Below, piece by piece: positions 1 to 9,446 of a DNA stretch of 64,000 bases (positions within the stretch are counted from its first letter, which is position 1; each line of letters opens with the position of its first letter). The notes under the pieces are model-generated. The model did not search any database. It was given only the letters and a program-made list of their open reading frames with translations, and was not told the DNA's origin. The DNA lies in contig CAWCYI010000004.1 in assembly GCA_963799845.1 (NCBI GenBank), forward strand, positions 1,504,001 to 1,568,000, written 5' to 3'. The DNA comes from an uncultured Nitrososphaerota archaeon (GTDB lineage Archaea; Thermoproteota; Nitrososphaeria; Nitrososphaerales; CADDZS01). The position numbers were made by a program, and so were the translations under genes.

Positions 1-2
1 CT

Positions 3-308
3 GTGCCGGATGAGAAAATAAGCTACATCAACAATTTAGGCGATTCGGACAAAATTCCGATACTGTGGTCGTTGTCAGACAACGATTGGATGAAGGTCGA
101 TGACTTTCTTTCGAACGTCGAAGTCGGGATATCAATTGCAAAATCTTGGTCTCCAAAGAAGGGTGGCAATTTCAACAACAGACTATTCAAAGAAAAGAAG
201 CTGTTTGTCAAGAAGGGAGAAGGTAAAGAAGCCCTGTACAAACTTTCCGCCGACGGAAACCAAAAGGTGAAAGATCTCTTAGAGAATTTCCAAAACGATC
301 TAAAATAG
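3..308 (+). CDS. hypothetical protein, possible winged-helix C-terminus (may be 5'-partial)
   Basis: ORF at the window edge; C-terminal 'LFVKKGEGKEALYKLSADG' resembles a wHTH wing. Confidence 0.5.
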   Translation: MPDEKISYINNLGDSDKIPILWSLSDNDWMKVDDFLSNVEVGISIAKSWSPKKGGNFNNRLFKEKKLFVKKGEGKEALYKLSADGNQKVKDLLENFQNDLK

Positions 309-324
309 GAAGATTCTTACAGCT

Positions 325-579
325 TTACGCAAGGCCTGCAGTAACTTCTTTGTCGTACTCCATCCTGGAGATTATCTGGCACTTGTGACGGATCGTGTGA
401 AATGTGCAGAGAAACATGCCGCATGCACAGTAAAATGCTGCCACTTCATTTGGAGAAGGGTCTTCGGCATAACATGCGAAGCAATACATCGTCCGCCCGA
501 TCACTTTTACAGACTGCCTGACTTTCTTTGAAGGCTCCAGATCGTCGAGAATTTCCTTGGTGCTTTCCGTGGCAGTCAT
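325..579 (-). CDS. small Cys/His zinc-finger protein (B-box/AN1-like)
   Basis: CxxC-x14-CxC-x4-CxxH-x3-HxC pattern. Confidence 0.6.
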   Translation of the reverse strand: MTATESTKEILDDLEPSKKVRQSVKVIGRTMYCFACYAEDPSPNEVAAFYCACGMFLCTFHTIRHKCQIISRMEYDKEVTAGLA

Positions 580-711
580 TCTTCCTCGTTTTCGGTCAAT
601 CTCTCATCCACCAGGTAAAAGGAAATTATGAGCCCGGACAACGGAGTCGGAATTCATTTTTCGAATTCGTCGATTTTGTTGTAGGAACTCACGCTATTGC
701 AAGATAGTTCT

Positions 712-933
712 TCAATGAATTGTTTGATGGCGATTCCTCACCGAGTTCCAGAGTCGCGAAAAACCGAATATCTCGAAAAGAGACAACCCGTAAACGAGGA
801 CGAGCAGCGGTTCGCTTATCCTTAGGTCTAGGACTTGGAATGGCAAGCCGTACGAGTTAAGAATGGCAAGCTCTGATGAGGATGAGAGAAACGAGAGGGT
901 GGACAGGACCACTAAAACGAGGAACAGTCGCAC
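712..933 (-). CDS. small two-helix membrane protein
   Basis: two hydrophobic stretches; TATA-like TTATATA about 30 nt upstream on the minus strand. Confidence 0.45.
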   Translation of the reverse strand: MRLFLVLVVLSTLSFLSSSSELAILNSYGLPFQVLDLRISEPLLVLVYGLSLFEIFGFSRLWNSVRNRHQTIH

Positions 934-1021
934 GAGATAATATAGAGAATATTGACTGGTATATATAACCCGTGTTTTTGTCTTCTTCGGCTACCGAATT
1001 AGTCCACAATCTCCCCCTAAC

Positions 1022-1309
1022 TCATAGTGGTGAGAATTTTTGGATCTCTCCCTTGGAGCCAAATCTTATGATGAACTTGAAGGCAGAACTGTCGTCGCGA
1101 AGGGCAGTCACTTCCCTTCCCCTGTAGTCTCCTTTGATCTTTATCTCTCCGATGGACTCCCAGCCGGTCCTTCTCTTAACTTCGTTGATCATATTCTTGA
1201 ATTGTACCGCGCAAATCTCGCAGCAGAAGAACATCCTCTGCCCCTCGACTTCCTCCCAGTAGTCGCCCCAAGTCGATTCGCAAATCGCGCAGCCTTCAGG
1301 CACTTTCAA
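1022..1309 (-). CDS. TA0938-family zinc-binding protein
   Basis: GCAICESTWGDYWEEVEGQRMFFCCEICA motif typical of the Thermoplasma TA0938 family; overlaps the upstream gene stop. Confidence 0.8.
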   Translation of the reverse strand: MKVPEGCAICESTWGDYWEEVEGQRMFFCCEICAVQFKNMINEVKRRTGWESIGEIKIKGDYRGREVTALRDDSSAFKFIIRFGSKGEIQKFSPL

Positions 1310-2210
1310 ATTCTTCAGCCCTCACCAGCCTCGCCATCAAGTACCTGTGGAATATATCGATCGATTTCAAAAATGTTGCCTGAACGTTTTCAATCAGTTT
1401 GAATTCCCCGGCGTACTTCTCAACTAGATCGAGAGCTTCCTTCGAATGCCCGACATCCGCCTCGTAGCCCTCCCTCAGGAAATCCTTCGTCTCCTCGGTA
1501 ACGTCGTGACTCGCTGGCTCGAGTATCACTGGGTCAAAATAGCTGATCGTTGCCCCATCTTCACGGAGGGTACGGTCCGCAATCAATTCGAGTCCGTGCA
1601 TGGCGGCCATCGTCTCGACCCAGTGTTCAGTTCTAGCCATATCATCCCAAGATTTGATCGCGGAGGCCGTGTCAGTCAGGGGTGGGGTTGATAATATTTT
1701 TTGTCTGTTGACGCCAAGGCTTTCGCCCATTCTCAAAAGTAGCTCATAATGAGCTGGCCTTTCGGTGCCAATACCACCGAATTCGGTGTTTATGTTGTCT
1801 AATTCGCATAGGGTAGCATCAGTTTTATCTGTCTTGGCCATGATATATGCGCACGACCGCACCCACTGTTTCAAAAAGTGCTGATGCTCAATGACATAAC
1901 CCAGAAGCGTGGATTTCGATGGACGTTGCAGTGCAACTACAAATGGATGTGGTCGCGAGCCGTAGAATCGATCAATGAACCTGAGACGAATCCACTTTTG
2001 CAGGCTTCCACCGGTCTGCCCCAAGTCAAAGTACCGAGCGAGGAGTTGCGAGAGTTCCTTTGCATCTTTCGTCTTTTTTCTAGTCACATAACGGTTGAGC
2101 CACATGACGTGAGCCATATCACTTTTCTCCGCGAAATCGTAGTAGTGCTTGCCGAGCGAGTCGTAGTCGCCGACTGGAAATGTCTTCCCGCACATCGAAC
2201 ACTTTGTCAT
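1296..2210 (-). CDS. N-terminal C2H2-like zinc finger fused to a heme-oxygenase-like diiron domain (PqqC/TenA/CADD family)
   Basis: CxxC...H...H N-terminus; HDO ligands in NTEFGG..HYELL..HGLE..ADVGH. Confidence 0.78.
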   Translation of the reverse strand: MTKCSMCGKTFPVGDYDSLGKHYYDFAEKSDMAHVMWLNRYVTRKKTKDAKELSQLLARYFDLGQTGGSLQKWIRLRFIDRFYGSRPHPFVVALQRPSKSTLLGYVIEHQHFLKQWVRSCAYIMAKTDKTDATLCELDNINTEFGGIGTERPAHYELLLRMGESLGVNRQKILSTPPLTDTASAIKSWDDMARTEHWVETMAAMHGLELIADRTLREDGATISYFDPVILEPASHDVTEETKDFLREGYEADVGHSKEALDLVEKYAGEFKLIENVQATFLKSIDIFHRYLMARLVRAEEFESA

Positions 2211-2238
2211 GTCATTGGGCCTTCCAACTACGGAAAAG

Positions 2239-2453
2239 TCAAAACGGAAATTCCCTTGGGAGCTGCGACCTCACTCCCTGTACTCTTTTTCATTCGAATA
2301 GTTTTCCTTGATGTGAAAAAGCATCTGCTTTACTTCATCCGGCCGCAGTCCACGAGATCCTCCTACCATCTCGATTGTTTCCTCAAAGTCAGCATGGCAT
2401 ACCGAGTAGCAGTTTCGCATTCCTTGAAGGAGTTCGAGTTCCCTGGGCGTCAA
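2239..2453 (-). CDS. small hypothetical protein, first gene of the operon; probable 1-nt frameshift near 2272
   Basis: ORF 2271-2453 continues in a shifted frame as (L)RSQLPREFPF* to 2239. Confidence 0.5.
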
Positions 2454-2724
2454 TTACCTCGTCATCATTGATCAAAATCCTCAGGAACGTAATAAAAACT
2501 TCCCATGAGTCTTCACACACTTGGCTCACCACTCGTAGTAGTAGTACAGGACAAATCAACGGATCCAAAATCGAAAGAAGTCTATTTGTTGGGAGAGAAA
2601 ATTGAATCGCCCAAAGGAGATTTCAAAGAAAAGTAAACAAGAGATTGGATTCACATTAGAAAGCCCTTCCAGCTCACAAACCGAATTCCGAATCATCTAC
2701 CAGGTGTTCCTCGAAGAGGGCTAA

Positions 2725-3030
2725 CTAAATACCCCACACATAACCACAGTCCGGGCATTTACGAGTGCCTTCTTCATTTGTAGACATTTCGACCCAGCAT
2801 TCAGGACACAGTGGTCTAAAGTTATCGTCACCATAGAGCGTGGTGAAAATTACGTTGAAGTCGTGAACGAGATCGTAATGCCCTTTTAGAAGCTTTTCGA
2901 GTGTGTCAGCGAGGACGTTGTGTACTTCCCCCAGTTTTCCCAAGTTTTCTTCCAACGATAGTAAACGAACACCTGTCTCTTCGAGAGAGTTCGGGCCTTG
3001 CTCTGTCTGTGCCACATCAATTTGCATCAA
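2725..3030 (-). CDS. coiled-coil protein with C-terminal zinc ribbon
   Basis: heptad-like N-half, then CPEC...CPDCG; overlaps the upstream gene. Confidence 0.6.
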   Translation of the reverse strand: MMQIDVAQTEQGPNSLEETGVRLLSLEENLGKLGEVHNVLADTLEKLLKGHYDLVHDFNVIFTTLYGDDNFRPLCPECWVEMSTNEEGTRKCPDCGYVWGI

Positions 3031-3676
3031 TTGTCGAGGTGCAGGTAGGTGTTGCAGCTACATTGTTTGCAACTGGCGAGGTTGCGTTGTGCTCTGGAAA
3101 TGTCTTTTCGTCTTCACCTTCGAACGACCTGTCTTCCAGATTTGGTATTTTTGGTTCTTTCGGTGTCCGCTTCAAAACCGCTTTGTTATTCCTCGCTTTT
3201 CCAGGAGTGGATTCAACAAATTCTGAAACAACGGAGGTTTCTTGTGCCAAGTGCAGGAGTGCGGCCTGCGTTGCTGCTTTGGTCTGTGAGAGGTATTGCT
3301 CGAATTTCTGATCCGGAATCGAGGCGATTTTCTGCCAACGCTTCGATTCTTGAGGCTCGATATGGAGTTCCTGCAACGTGGGTACATCATGTCCATGCGT
3401 TCGCTTCTCGGACGCGCCTTTGTTCTTGGGCATTCCTTTTAGGAACTGTCCAGCCTTCCGTTCTGCTCGCAGCTTCAGTTCCAGTGCCTGGGCGTGTGCC
3501 TTATCTGCGCCTTTTGCATTTGCATATGATATTACAGCCGTTGCCATGTCGCGAATCTCTAAAACTTCTGTAAGGGTCTTCGCTTTTTCCAATAAAAGCG
3601 CCGCAGAATTAATATTTTGCAACGCCGTTTCTGAACTACTGGACACACCTTTTGCTTCATCTTCCGACATCTTCAA
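3017..3676 (-). CDS. phage-type protein resembling the N-terminal domain of phage DNA adenine methylases (no catalytic domain)
   Basis: AKTLTEVLEIRDMATAV..YA..LKLRAERKAGQFL..MPKNKG..SKRWQKIASIP motif; no DPPW/NPPY motif follows. Confidence 0.6.
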   Translation of the reverse strand: MKMSEDEAKGVSSSSETALQNINSAALLLEKAKTLTEVLEIRDMATAVISYANAKGADKAHAQALELKLRAERKAGQFLKGMPKNKGASEKRTHGHDVPTLQELHIEPQESKRWQKIASIPDQKFEQYLSQTKAATQAALLHLAQETSVVSEFVESTPGKARNNKAVLKRTPKEPKIPNLEDRSFEGEDEKTFPEHNATSPVANNVAATPTCTSTIDAN

Positions 3677-3737
3677 TACCGATTAGTAGCTGGAACCTCC
3701 TCTAAATCAAGAAAAAAAATCAAAAAGTGGAGTTAGT

Positions 3738-4001
3738 TTGAATCGATCTCTCATAAGCAGTAAACATGTTCGCATTCTAAGCGTTCTCTGGTCTAGCAGC
3801 GAGCAAGGATTGTCCTTTGGCGAAATCAAATCAGAAACCGGACTCTCGACTATCACCACTCAAAAAAAACTCAATGACCTAATAGATGACGGATTTATTG
3901 AAAAAGAAAGAGGAAAGAATGGGAAGTACAGGTTCGTCGATTCTTCAGCCCTTGACTTGTTCTTGCGAGATGCAATAAATTCATCGCAACCGCCGAAATA
4001 A
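3738..4001 (+). CDS. winged helix-turn-helix transcriptional regulator
   Basis: ILSVL..LSFGEIKSETGLSTITTQKKLNDLIDDGFIEK..GKY. Confidence 0.75.
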   Translation: MNRSLISSKHVRILSVLWSSSEQGLSFGEIKSETGLSTITTQKKLNDLIDDGFIEKERGKNGKYRFVDSSALDLFLRDAINSSQPPK

Positions 4002-4030
4002 AAGAGTCAGAGGCAGGATACTCTCTTCTC

Positions 4031-4672
4031 GTGGCAAATGGTAAAGCAATTGATTCGAAACTTTTAGAGGATGACCAATTCATTTCCGCTTTGAATACTC
4101 TGAAAGGAGTAGCCTTCGAAAGAAGATATCGCATATGCCTGAAACTTTGCCGTGTTACTGACAGTGAGATTCAGGCGTACCGCAAAAAGCTCTTTGAGTA
4201 TTTGAAATCCTATATAGATACAGCCCACCAAAAGGAACACAATCTAGTCAAGGACTTCTACGATACTAACCCATCGGACGATCTTCGGGAGGGGTTCACG
4301 CCCATTGAACCAATTGATTCCTTTAGTGAGAAGTTGTTATCATTCGCCCTTTTTGATAATGCGATCTCACAGGGGGACCCTTTGGGAATGGATGGTATTT
4401 ACGAACTAATCGATTTAGCGACTGTTGACAAAATGTTGGTCTTACAACAATATCCAAAGAGCATAAGACAAAAGCTCAAGAAAAATGGAAAACTGAAAAA
4501 ACTTAGAGCTGACCTTGAGGACATAGTCACAAGAACTAATTATGATAAATTTGTCGAGATGCTCAGAAAAAAATCCTTGCTATTAACACCATTGAGCGGA
4601 TTTTCAAATTATGACGACACACAGCACATGATTGACTATGTTAAAAAAATGAATACCATAATAACAGCATAA
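4031..4672 (+). CDS. hypothetical protein (AT-rich)
   Basis: 213-aa ORF directly downstream of the wHTH gene. Confidence 0.55.
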   Translation: MANGKAIDSKLLEDDQFISALNTLKGVAFERRYRICLKLCRVTDSEIQAYRKKLFEYLKSYIDTAHQKEHNLVKDFYDTNPSDDLREGFTPIEPIDSFSEKLLSFALFDNAISQGDPLGMDGIYELIDLATVDKMLVLQQYPKSIRQKLKKNGKLKKLRADLEDIVTRTNYDKFVEMLRKKSLLLTPLSGFSNYDDTQHMIDYVKKMNTIITA

Positions 4673-4975
4673 TCTAACTGAATGTTCGCCAAGGTCCTCG
4701 CGAGACAACGAACATCTCCCTCCCATCGTTGAACGGCTTCCTTCTTTCTGCAAGTTTGGCTTGAAGAACCGGATTGTCGGAACCGTCGTCGCCTACGAAT
4801 AGCTGAGTGTAGTATTTCGTATCTAGCTTGTTGAGGACTGATTTGAAAAGCTTGATGGGGATTCGGACCCTGAATCACATCGAGGTTCGAGCGCTTCTCA
4901 TCTCCTCCTTGATCTGAAACGATTTGCAATCCTTACAATTGATTAACCCAATCTATTCATCGATTCACGACTATT

Positions 4976-5248
4976 CTACCACTGGAAGTAGTATCCTCTT
5001 TTCCTAAGTTCGGATTCAATTTCCTGCTTCCTTGCTCTAATTAATCTCGCGATATCCAAAACATCAGTATCAATCCATTCCCTAAGTTCTTCCGGAGTGA
5101 GCATATTTCTATAATGAGGGTAGGATTCATTTACAAATTTATCGAGCTTTTGATATTCGTCTCCATGGAGCTTCGCAGTCGTGTACATCTTTAGGGCGTC
5201 GCGAATCACGTTCGTGAGGTTGCTACCCTCCTTCTTAGCGACGAGCAC
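4976..5248 (-). CDS. ribbon-helix-helix (CopG-like) protein; frame stays open upstream to about 5330
   Basis: (LNFRAEDKAVFDAT)VLVAKKEGSNLTNVIRDALKMY RHH pattern. Confidence 0.6.
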   Translation of the reverse strand: MLVAKKEGSNLTNVIRDALKMYTTAKLHGDEYQKLDKFVNESYPHYRNMLTPEELREWIDTDVLDIARLIRARKQEIESELRKRGYYFQW

Positions 5249-5382
5249 CGTTGCGTCGAAGACAGCCTTGTCTTCTGCCCTAAAATTGAGTGGGTGGACC
5301 CATCGTAGCTTTAGTGTCAGCTTGGTAACTACTCCCTCTCATCTGCAGTGTTGTACTGCACGCATGTACTACAAGATTTCGC

Positions 5383-5874
5383 TCAAAGGCTCTCCTCTTC
5401 AGCTTCAATCATGGAAAATATTCTCGCATATTTTGGCATCCATTTCCCTCCCAGTTTCAACGCTCTGTCTATTCCAACTTGAGTGGCTTTCCAGATTCCA
5501 TAGTTCCCTTCACTTGCCGGATGGATCTGTCCTTTTCCAATTAGATTTTTTCTTGAGAACTTGATAATTGTGTCAACGATTTTTCTTCTAGATTGTGGAT
5601 AAACCGCGCTTAAATCAATTGTTGCGAGCTCTTTGAACCATTTGCTTTCAACCTGTTCCAATACTATTTTTGTTCGCAGTCCAACGTTCGGGGATTTCGC
5701 AAGAACACTGAGGATCGGAATCTCGCAACTGTTATGGGTAGGTGCCTTTGTCCAAGTCGAAACATATCTCTTCCTTCTAGTCTTTCTTGGAGAAGGTTCA
5801 AGTTGGGGTAATACAGTTCTTAGCCCAGTTTTTCCTTCAGCCTCGCCTTCCAGAAGTACCGATGGAGTTTTCAA
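5383..5874 (-). CDS. stand-alone Mrr N-terminal-like winged-helix protein
   Basis: IPILSVL...SRRKIVDTIIKFSRKNLIGKGQI..GIWKATQVG resembles Mrr_N; no nuclease domain. Confidence 0.6.
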   Translation of the reverse strand: MKTPSVLLEGEAEGKTGLRTVLPQLEPSPRKTRRKRYVSTWTKAPTHNSCEIPILSVLAKSPNVGLRTKIVLEQVESKWFKELATIDLSAVYPQSRRKIVDTIIKFSRKNLIGKGQIHPASEGNYGIWKATQVGIDRALKLGGKWMPKYARIFSMIEAEEESL

Positions 5875-6083
5875 ATCCGTTTCGCGTGAGACAGAAAAGA
5901 GCCCGATAATAGCAGTTGTTGTCTGCTAGATCAGACGACCAGCCTGCTGTGTTAGCTACCCTTGTGTTGCGCGAGTTACGAGTTGAAATAAAAACCATGA
6001 AGGTTCGAGGTCGTTGCGATATACATAACCAGGTTGAAATTCCATACATCACCCTCCCATTTGCCATCTATAAGCTCATGCGA

Positions 6084-6377
6084 TTAATCTAACTTACGAA
6101 TGCCCTTTGGCACATAGTCAAAGAACTTTTCCACGGTCTCACCGGAACTCCATTCTGCTCGAAGCCTTGTACGCTTTTCCACTTTCCGCATTTCAGAAAG
6201 CAGCATGCGGTTGAGATCCCTCGCGTTTTCACCTTCGAGCTCCGCCTGGATTTCAAATCCATCGTCGGTAGATTTAATCGTACCCCTGTTTCCGATCAGC
6301 GATTCAAGAACCGGCTTGATCGCAGAAGGATTGTTGCTGCTGACTTTCGCCGAGAGGACGAATTTTTTCTTGGGCAT
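6084..6377 (-). CDS. conserved-type hypothetical protein
   Basis: 97-aa ORF co-oriented 14 nt after the SBP gene. Confidence 0.6.
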   Translation of the reverse strand: MPKKKFVLSAKVSSNNPSAIKPVLESLIGNRGTIKSTDDGFEIQAELEGENARDLNRMLLSEMRKVEKRTRLRAEWSSGETVEKFFDYVPKGIRKLD

Positions 6378-6391
6378 TGCGCTTCAATCCG

Positions 6392-8620
6392 TTAGTATAG
6401 GGAAGCAAAGTAAAACCCTGTCGGCACCTGCGCGAGCGACGGGTTGAAGTAAAACCCGTTGACGTTCGAAGTCATGACGATGAATGCCTGAGGGTTGAAC
6501 GTCCAGAGATACATCACCTGCTCGTTTGCGAGCTCGTTCATCTCGTTTGTCGCGCTGACCACTTGCTTGAAATCGACGTGGGCCGTGGCATTCACTGCTT
6601 CCTGATAGAGCGGCGCCATGCCGGTCAGGTTCCAGCCATCGGAGAACGAGTAGATCTGGCCTGGCGCATACATCGGACCCAGGAAATCCAAGACCCACGG
6701 ATAATCGTCCCCCCAGCCGCCGATCTGGTACATGTACAGCTCGTCGGAGAAACCCTGCGTGGACATTATGCCAAAAGGTTCAGGGACCACCGAGACGGTC
6801 AGCCCCATGTTGTAGGTCGAGCTCACGTTGTTGATCGCGCTCGCGATCTGGTCGAATATCGCCTCATCCACCGTGTCTCCGGTATAGAACGTTAGAGTGA
6901 TAGATTGCTGCACCGGTTTAGAGCACTGTCCATTGCTGCCCGGGGTCGTGCACCCAAAGGTGTTGTTGAACAACCCGGCCGGCGCAGCGGTGCCGTTCAC
7001 AAATGAAAAGTTAGTTATCGGGTGCATCATCGCGGCGAGGAGGAGGTCCTGCACGGCGGTGAGGTTGAAGCTGTACCTCGGCGTGATCGAGGAGTTGTAA
7101 GCTCCGGCCGGAGGAAGCCCCGGCGGAACGACGTTCGTGGCGACTTGGCCCAGTTCGTTGTTGACCGTCTGGTCAATCACGGTCATATTGACAGAATCGG
7201 CAAATGCCAGCCGCATCCGGATGTCGGCGAACGGCTGGAAGGAATAGAACGTGCCTGTCTGGGAGTCCGTGACGTTCATCGAAAATGGAGCGAACAGAGT
7301 GTAAAATGAGCTGTAGGGCCCGTAGATCGAGACGCCGGGAATGATCGAAGCGAGCGTGTTGTTTGTTAGCCATTCGCTTCTCGCCGCAACATCATAGAGG
7401 TGGTCGGGTTCCACGTCAACGGTCATCGCCTGTCCCGAGTTTGCCGCGTTTTGAAGATCCAGGGTCCTCGTACCCTGCTCGGGGACAAAGTTCACCTTTA
7501 TCGTCCCTATCTTTGGTACCGTCTTTTCGCCGCCCGAATACTGGTAAGGGCCGCCCCAGTAGTTCGGGTTTGCGCGGAGCACGATGTCGTTTGTACTCTG
7601 ATCGAAACTCTGGATCGTGTAGGGCCCGGTTCCGGCGAGAGAACCGGTAGATGATAGGTCAAGATAGGTCGTACCGCACCCCTTTGGAGTTTCACCCGTA
7701 TTGCACGTCGCAGCCTCGTCAACGAAGTACTGGTAAATCTTCGCGGTCTCGCTGCCGTTCAGCGAGGAGAATGGAAGAGTATAGCCCGACTGGTTCCACA
7801 GAGAGATGTCGTTTTGCATAACGTTGCTGGGCGCAATAATGTCCGATCCGATGTCTCCCAGCATGTATTGGAAGGCGAAGTTGGGATTCTCGACGTGGAT
7901 CGTAAAAGTCAGTGGGCCGGTGATTTGTACAAAATTTTCATCCAAGACCTCGTTAACGTAGGTGGAGTTGTATGTCTGCGAGCAGCACAGACTAGAGCTC
8001 AGGCTAGTGTTCATGAGCTGCTGGAGGATGAACGACGCCTGAGTACCGTGCGAGACAGGTGTGCTCCCGTCTTCAATCAAAAGTCGGTTCAGCGAAAAGT
8101 AAACCGAGGTTGAGTTCAGGGGCTCGCCGTCCGCGAAGGTGATGCCGCTTCTGAGGGTAAAATTGTAAGTTGAGAGATCCGGAGAAACAGTGTAGCTCTG
8201 GGCAAGCCACGGGATGATGCAGGAAGAGCAACTGCCGTTGTACCACAGAAGAGGCTCGTAGACGTTCTGGAGAATTGAGTATCCAAACGCGGTATAGGAG
8301 ACGTGAGGATCTAGATAGTCTACGGTGTTGGGCGTTTCCCAGGTCAGCACCTGGGGAATTGCAGCGGTCGAAGAAGTCTCGGTAAATGGCTGGGAGGAAC
8401 TTGTCGTGGATGTTGACGTTTGGGAAGGACTGGTTGTGCCGGTCAGGGAAGTTGTCGTGATGGAAGAAGTTGAAGATGTAGACGAGGATGATGTCGTTGA
8501 TACAGTACCGCGGGCGTAAATTCCAGCAACCGCTGATAGAAACAAAACAATTACGACTATTACAATCAATAGTCCGCGAGAAATAGCCGCTCGTCCGTGC
8601 AATCCGAAAATCTTTCTCAA
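6392..8620 (-). CDS. ABC transporter substrate-binding protein, family 5 (oligopeptide/dipeptide)
   Basis: N-terminal TM anchor, Ser/Thr linker, LDPH..NVYEPLL..PWLAQSY..YNFTLRSGITFADG, GTGPY motifs. Confidence 0.92.
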   Translation of the reverse strand: MRKIFGLHGRAAISRGLLIVIVVIVLFLSAVAGIYARGTVSTTSSSSTSSTSSITTTSLTGTTSPSQTSTSTTSSSQPFTETSSTAAIPQVLTWETPNTVDYLDPHVSYTAFGYSILQNVYEPLLWYNGSCSSCIIPWLAQSYTVSPDLSTYNFTLRSGITFADGEPLNSTSVYFSLNRLLIEDGSTPVSHGTQASFILQQLMNTSLSSSLCCSQTYNSTYVNEVLDENFVQITGPLTFTIHVENPNFAFQYMLGDIGSDIIAPSNVMQNDISLWNQSGYTLPFSSLNGSETAKIYQYFVDEAATCNTGETPKGCGTTYLDLSSTGSLAGTGPYTIQSFDQSTNDIVLRANPNYWGGPYQYSGGEKTVPKIGTIKVNFVPEQGTRTLDLQNAANSGQAMTVDVEPDHLYDVAARSEWLTNNTLASIIPGVSIYGPYSSFYTLFAPFSMNVTDSQTGTFYSFQPFADIRMRLAFADSVNMTVIDQTVNNELGQVATNVVPPGLPPAGAYNSSITPRYSFNLTAVQDLLLAAMMHPITNFSFVNGTAAPAGLFNNTFGCTTPGSNGQCSKPVQQSITLTFYTGDTVDEAIFDQIASAINNVSSTYNMGLTVSVVPEPFGIMSTQGFSDELYMYQIGGWGDDYPWVLDFLGPMYAPGQIYSFSDGWNLTGMAPLYQEAVNATAHVDFKQVVSATNEMNELANEQVMYLWTFNPQAFIVMTSNVNGFYFNPSLAQVPTGFYFASLY

Positions 8621-8883
8621 ACTGATAATTTACCTCAATCCAATTTATTTATCGTTATACCTGTGTGTTGAAAACGATTTTATATGCTTCGAGGATTATC
8701 GTCTAATCTCTTTTAGGGCGACCATCCAATCTTGAACTTTCGTTGACGAGTGCTTCTCAATATTTTTAGATGATTAGTTTTCTGGCGGCATCAGGCTTCA
8801 ACCGTCGTACAAGGCATGATTTAGCTCGATACCGGCGGTAATCCGGACTACACTTAAATTTTGGATTAACGCAAGACAACACC

Positions 8884-9349
8884 ATGCCTCTCTTTGGCGG
8901 AAGCAAGAAAGTAAAGTTTGATGCAAGAAACCCTCCCCCGCGATTTCTGGAAAATCCGCAGGGGTACTCCTTTGTACATAATTTCAAGGTTCACTACAAG
9001 AGGGGAGTACTGCAACCGCTCGCTAACAAGATGGATGTGTCGATCAACAGCCAGTCACCGGAATTGCCGACTCCGCAACTGGTAACGAACGAATTCAATC
9101 AAAGAATGATCATGTCGGTAGCTCACAGCGATACTAAACAGCGGTTCGATTCGGCCTCGTACCACATCACAAACATTGAGTACAAGGAGTCGTTTGCGCT
9201 GGTTTTCAGCTGATGGTGGGACGGTTGCAATCCCGGTTCGGCAGCCCTCAAGTCCACCTGAAAATAATTTTGTATTTTGCCGGAGTTGCGGAAACAAGCT
9301 CAGCGCTGATTCTAAATTCTGCAACAAATGCGGGACGCCCCTAGCGTAA
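8884..9349 (+). CDS. zinc-ribbon domain protein, frameshifted near 9205
   Basis: ORF 8884-9213 continues in a shifted frame at a T-run into FCRSCGNKLSADSKFCNKCGTPLA*. Confidence 0.65.
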
Positions 9350-9446
9350 AATACGCTATTCGATGTGGACAGCTCAGAAGTTATTCTTAGCTCAAACTAA
9401 GTATCGGCGAAACATCACCAAAGCTTTTCTCTGAACCAAGTCTGGC

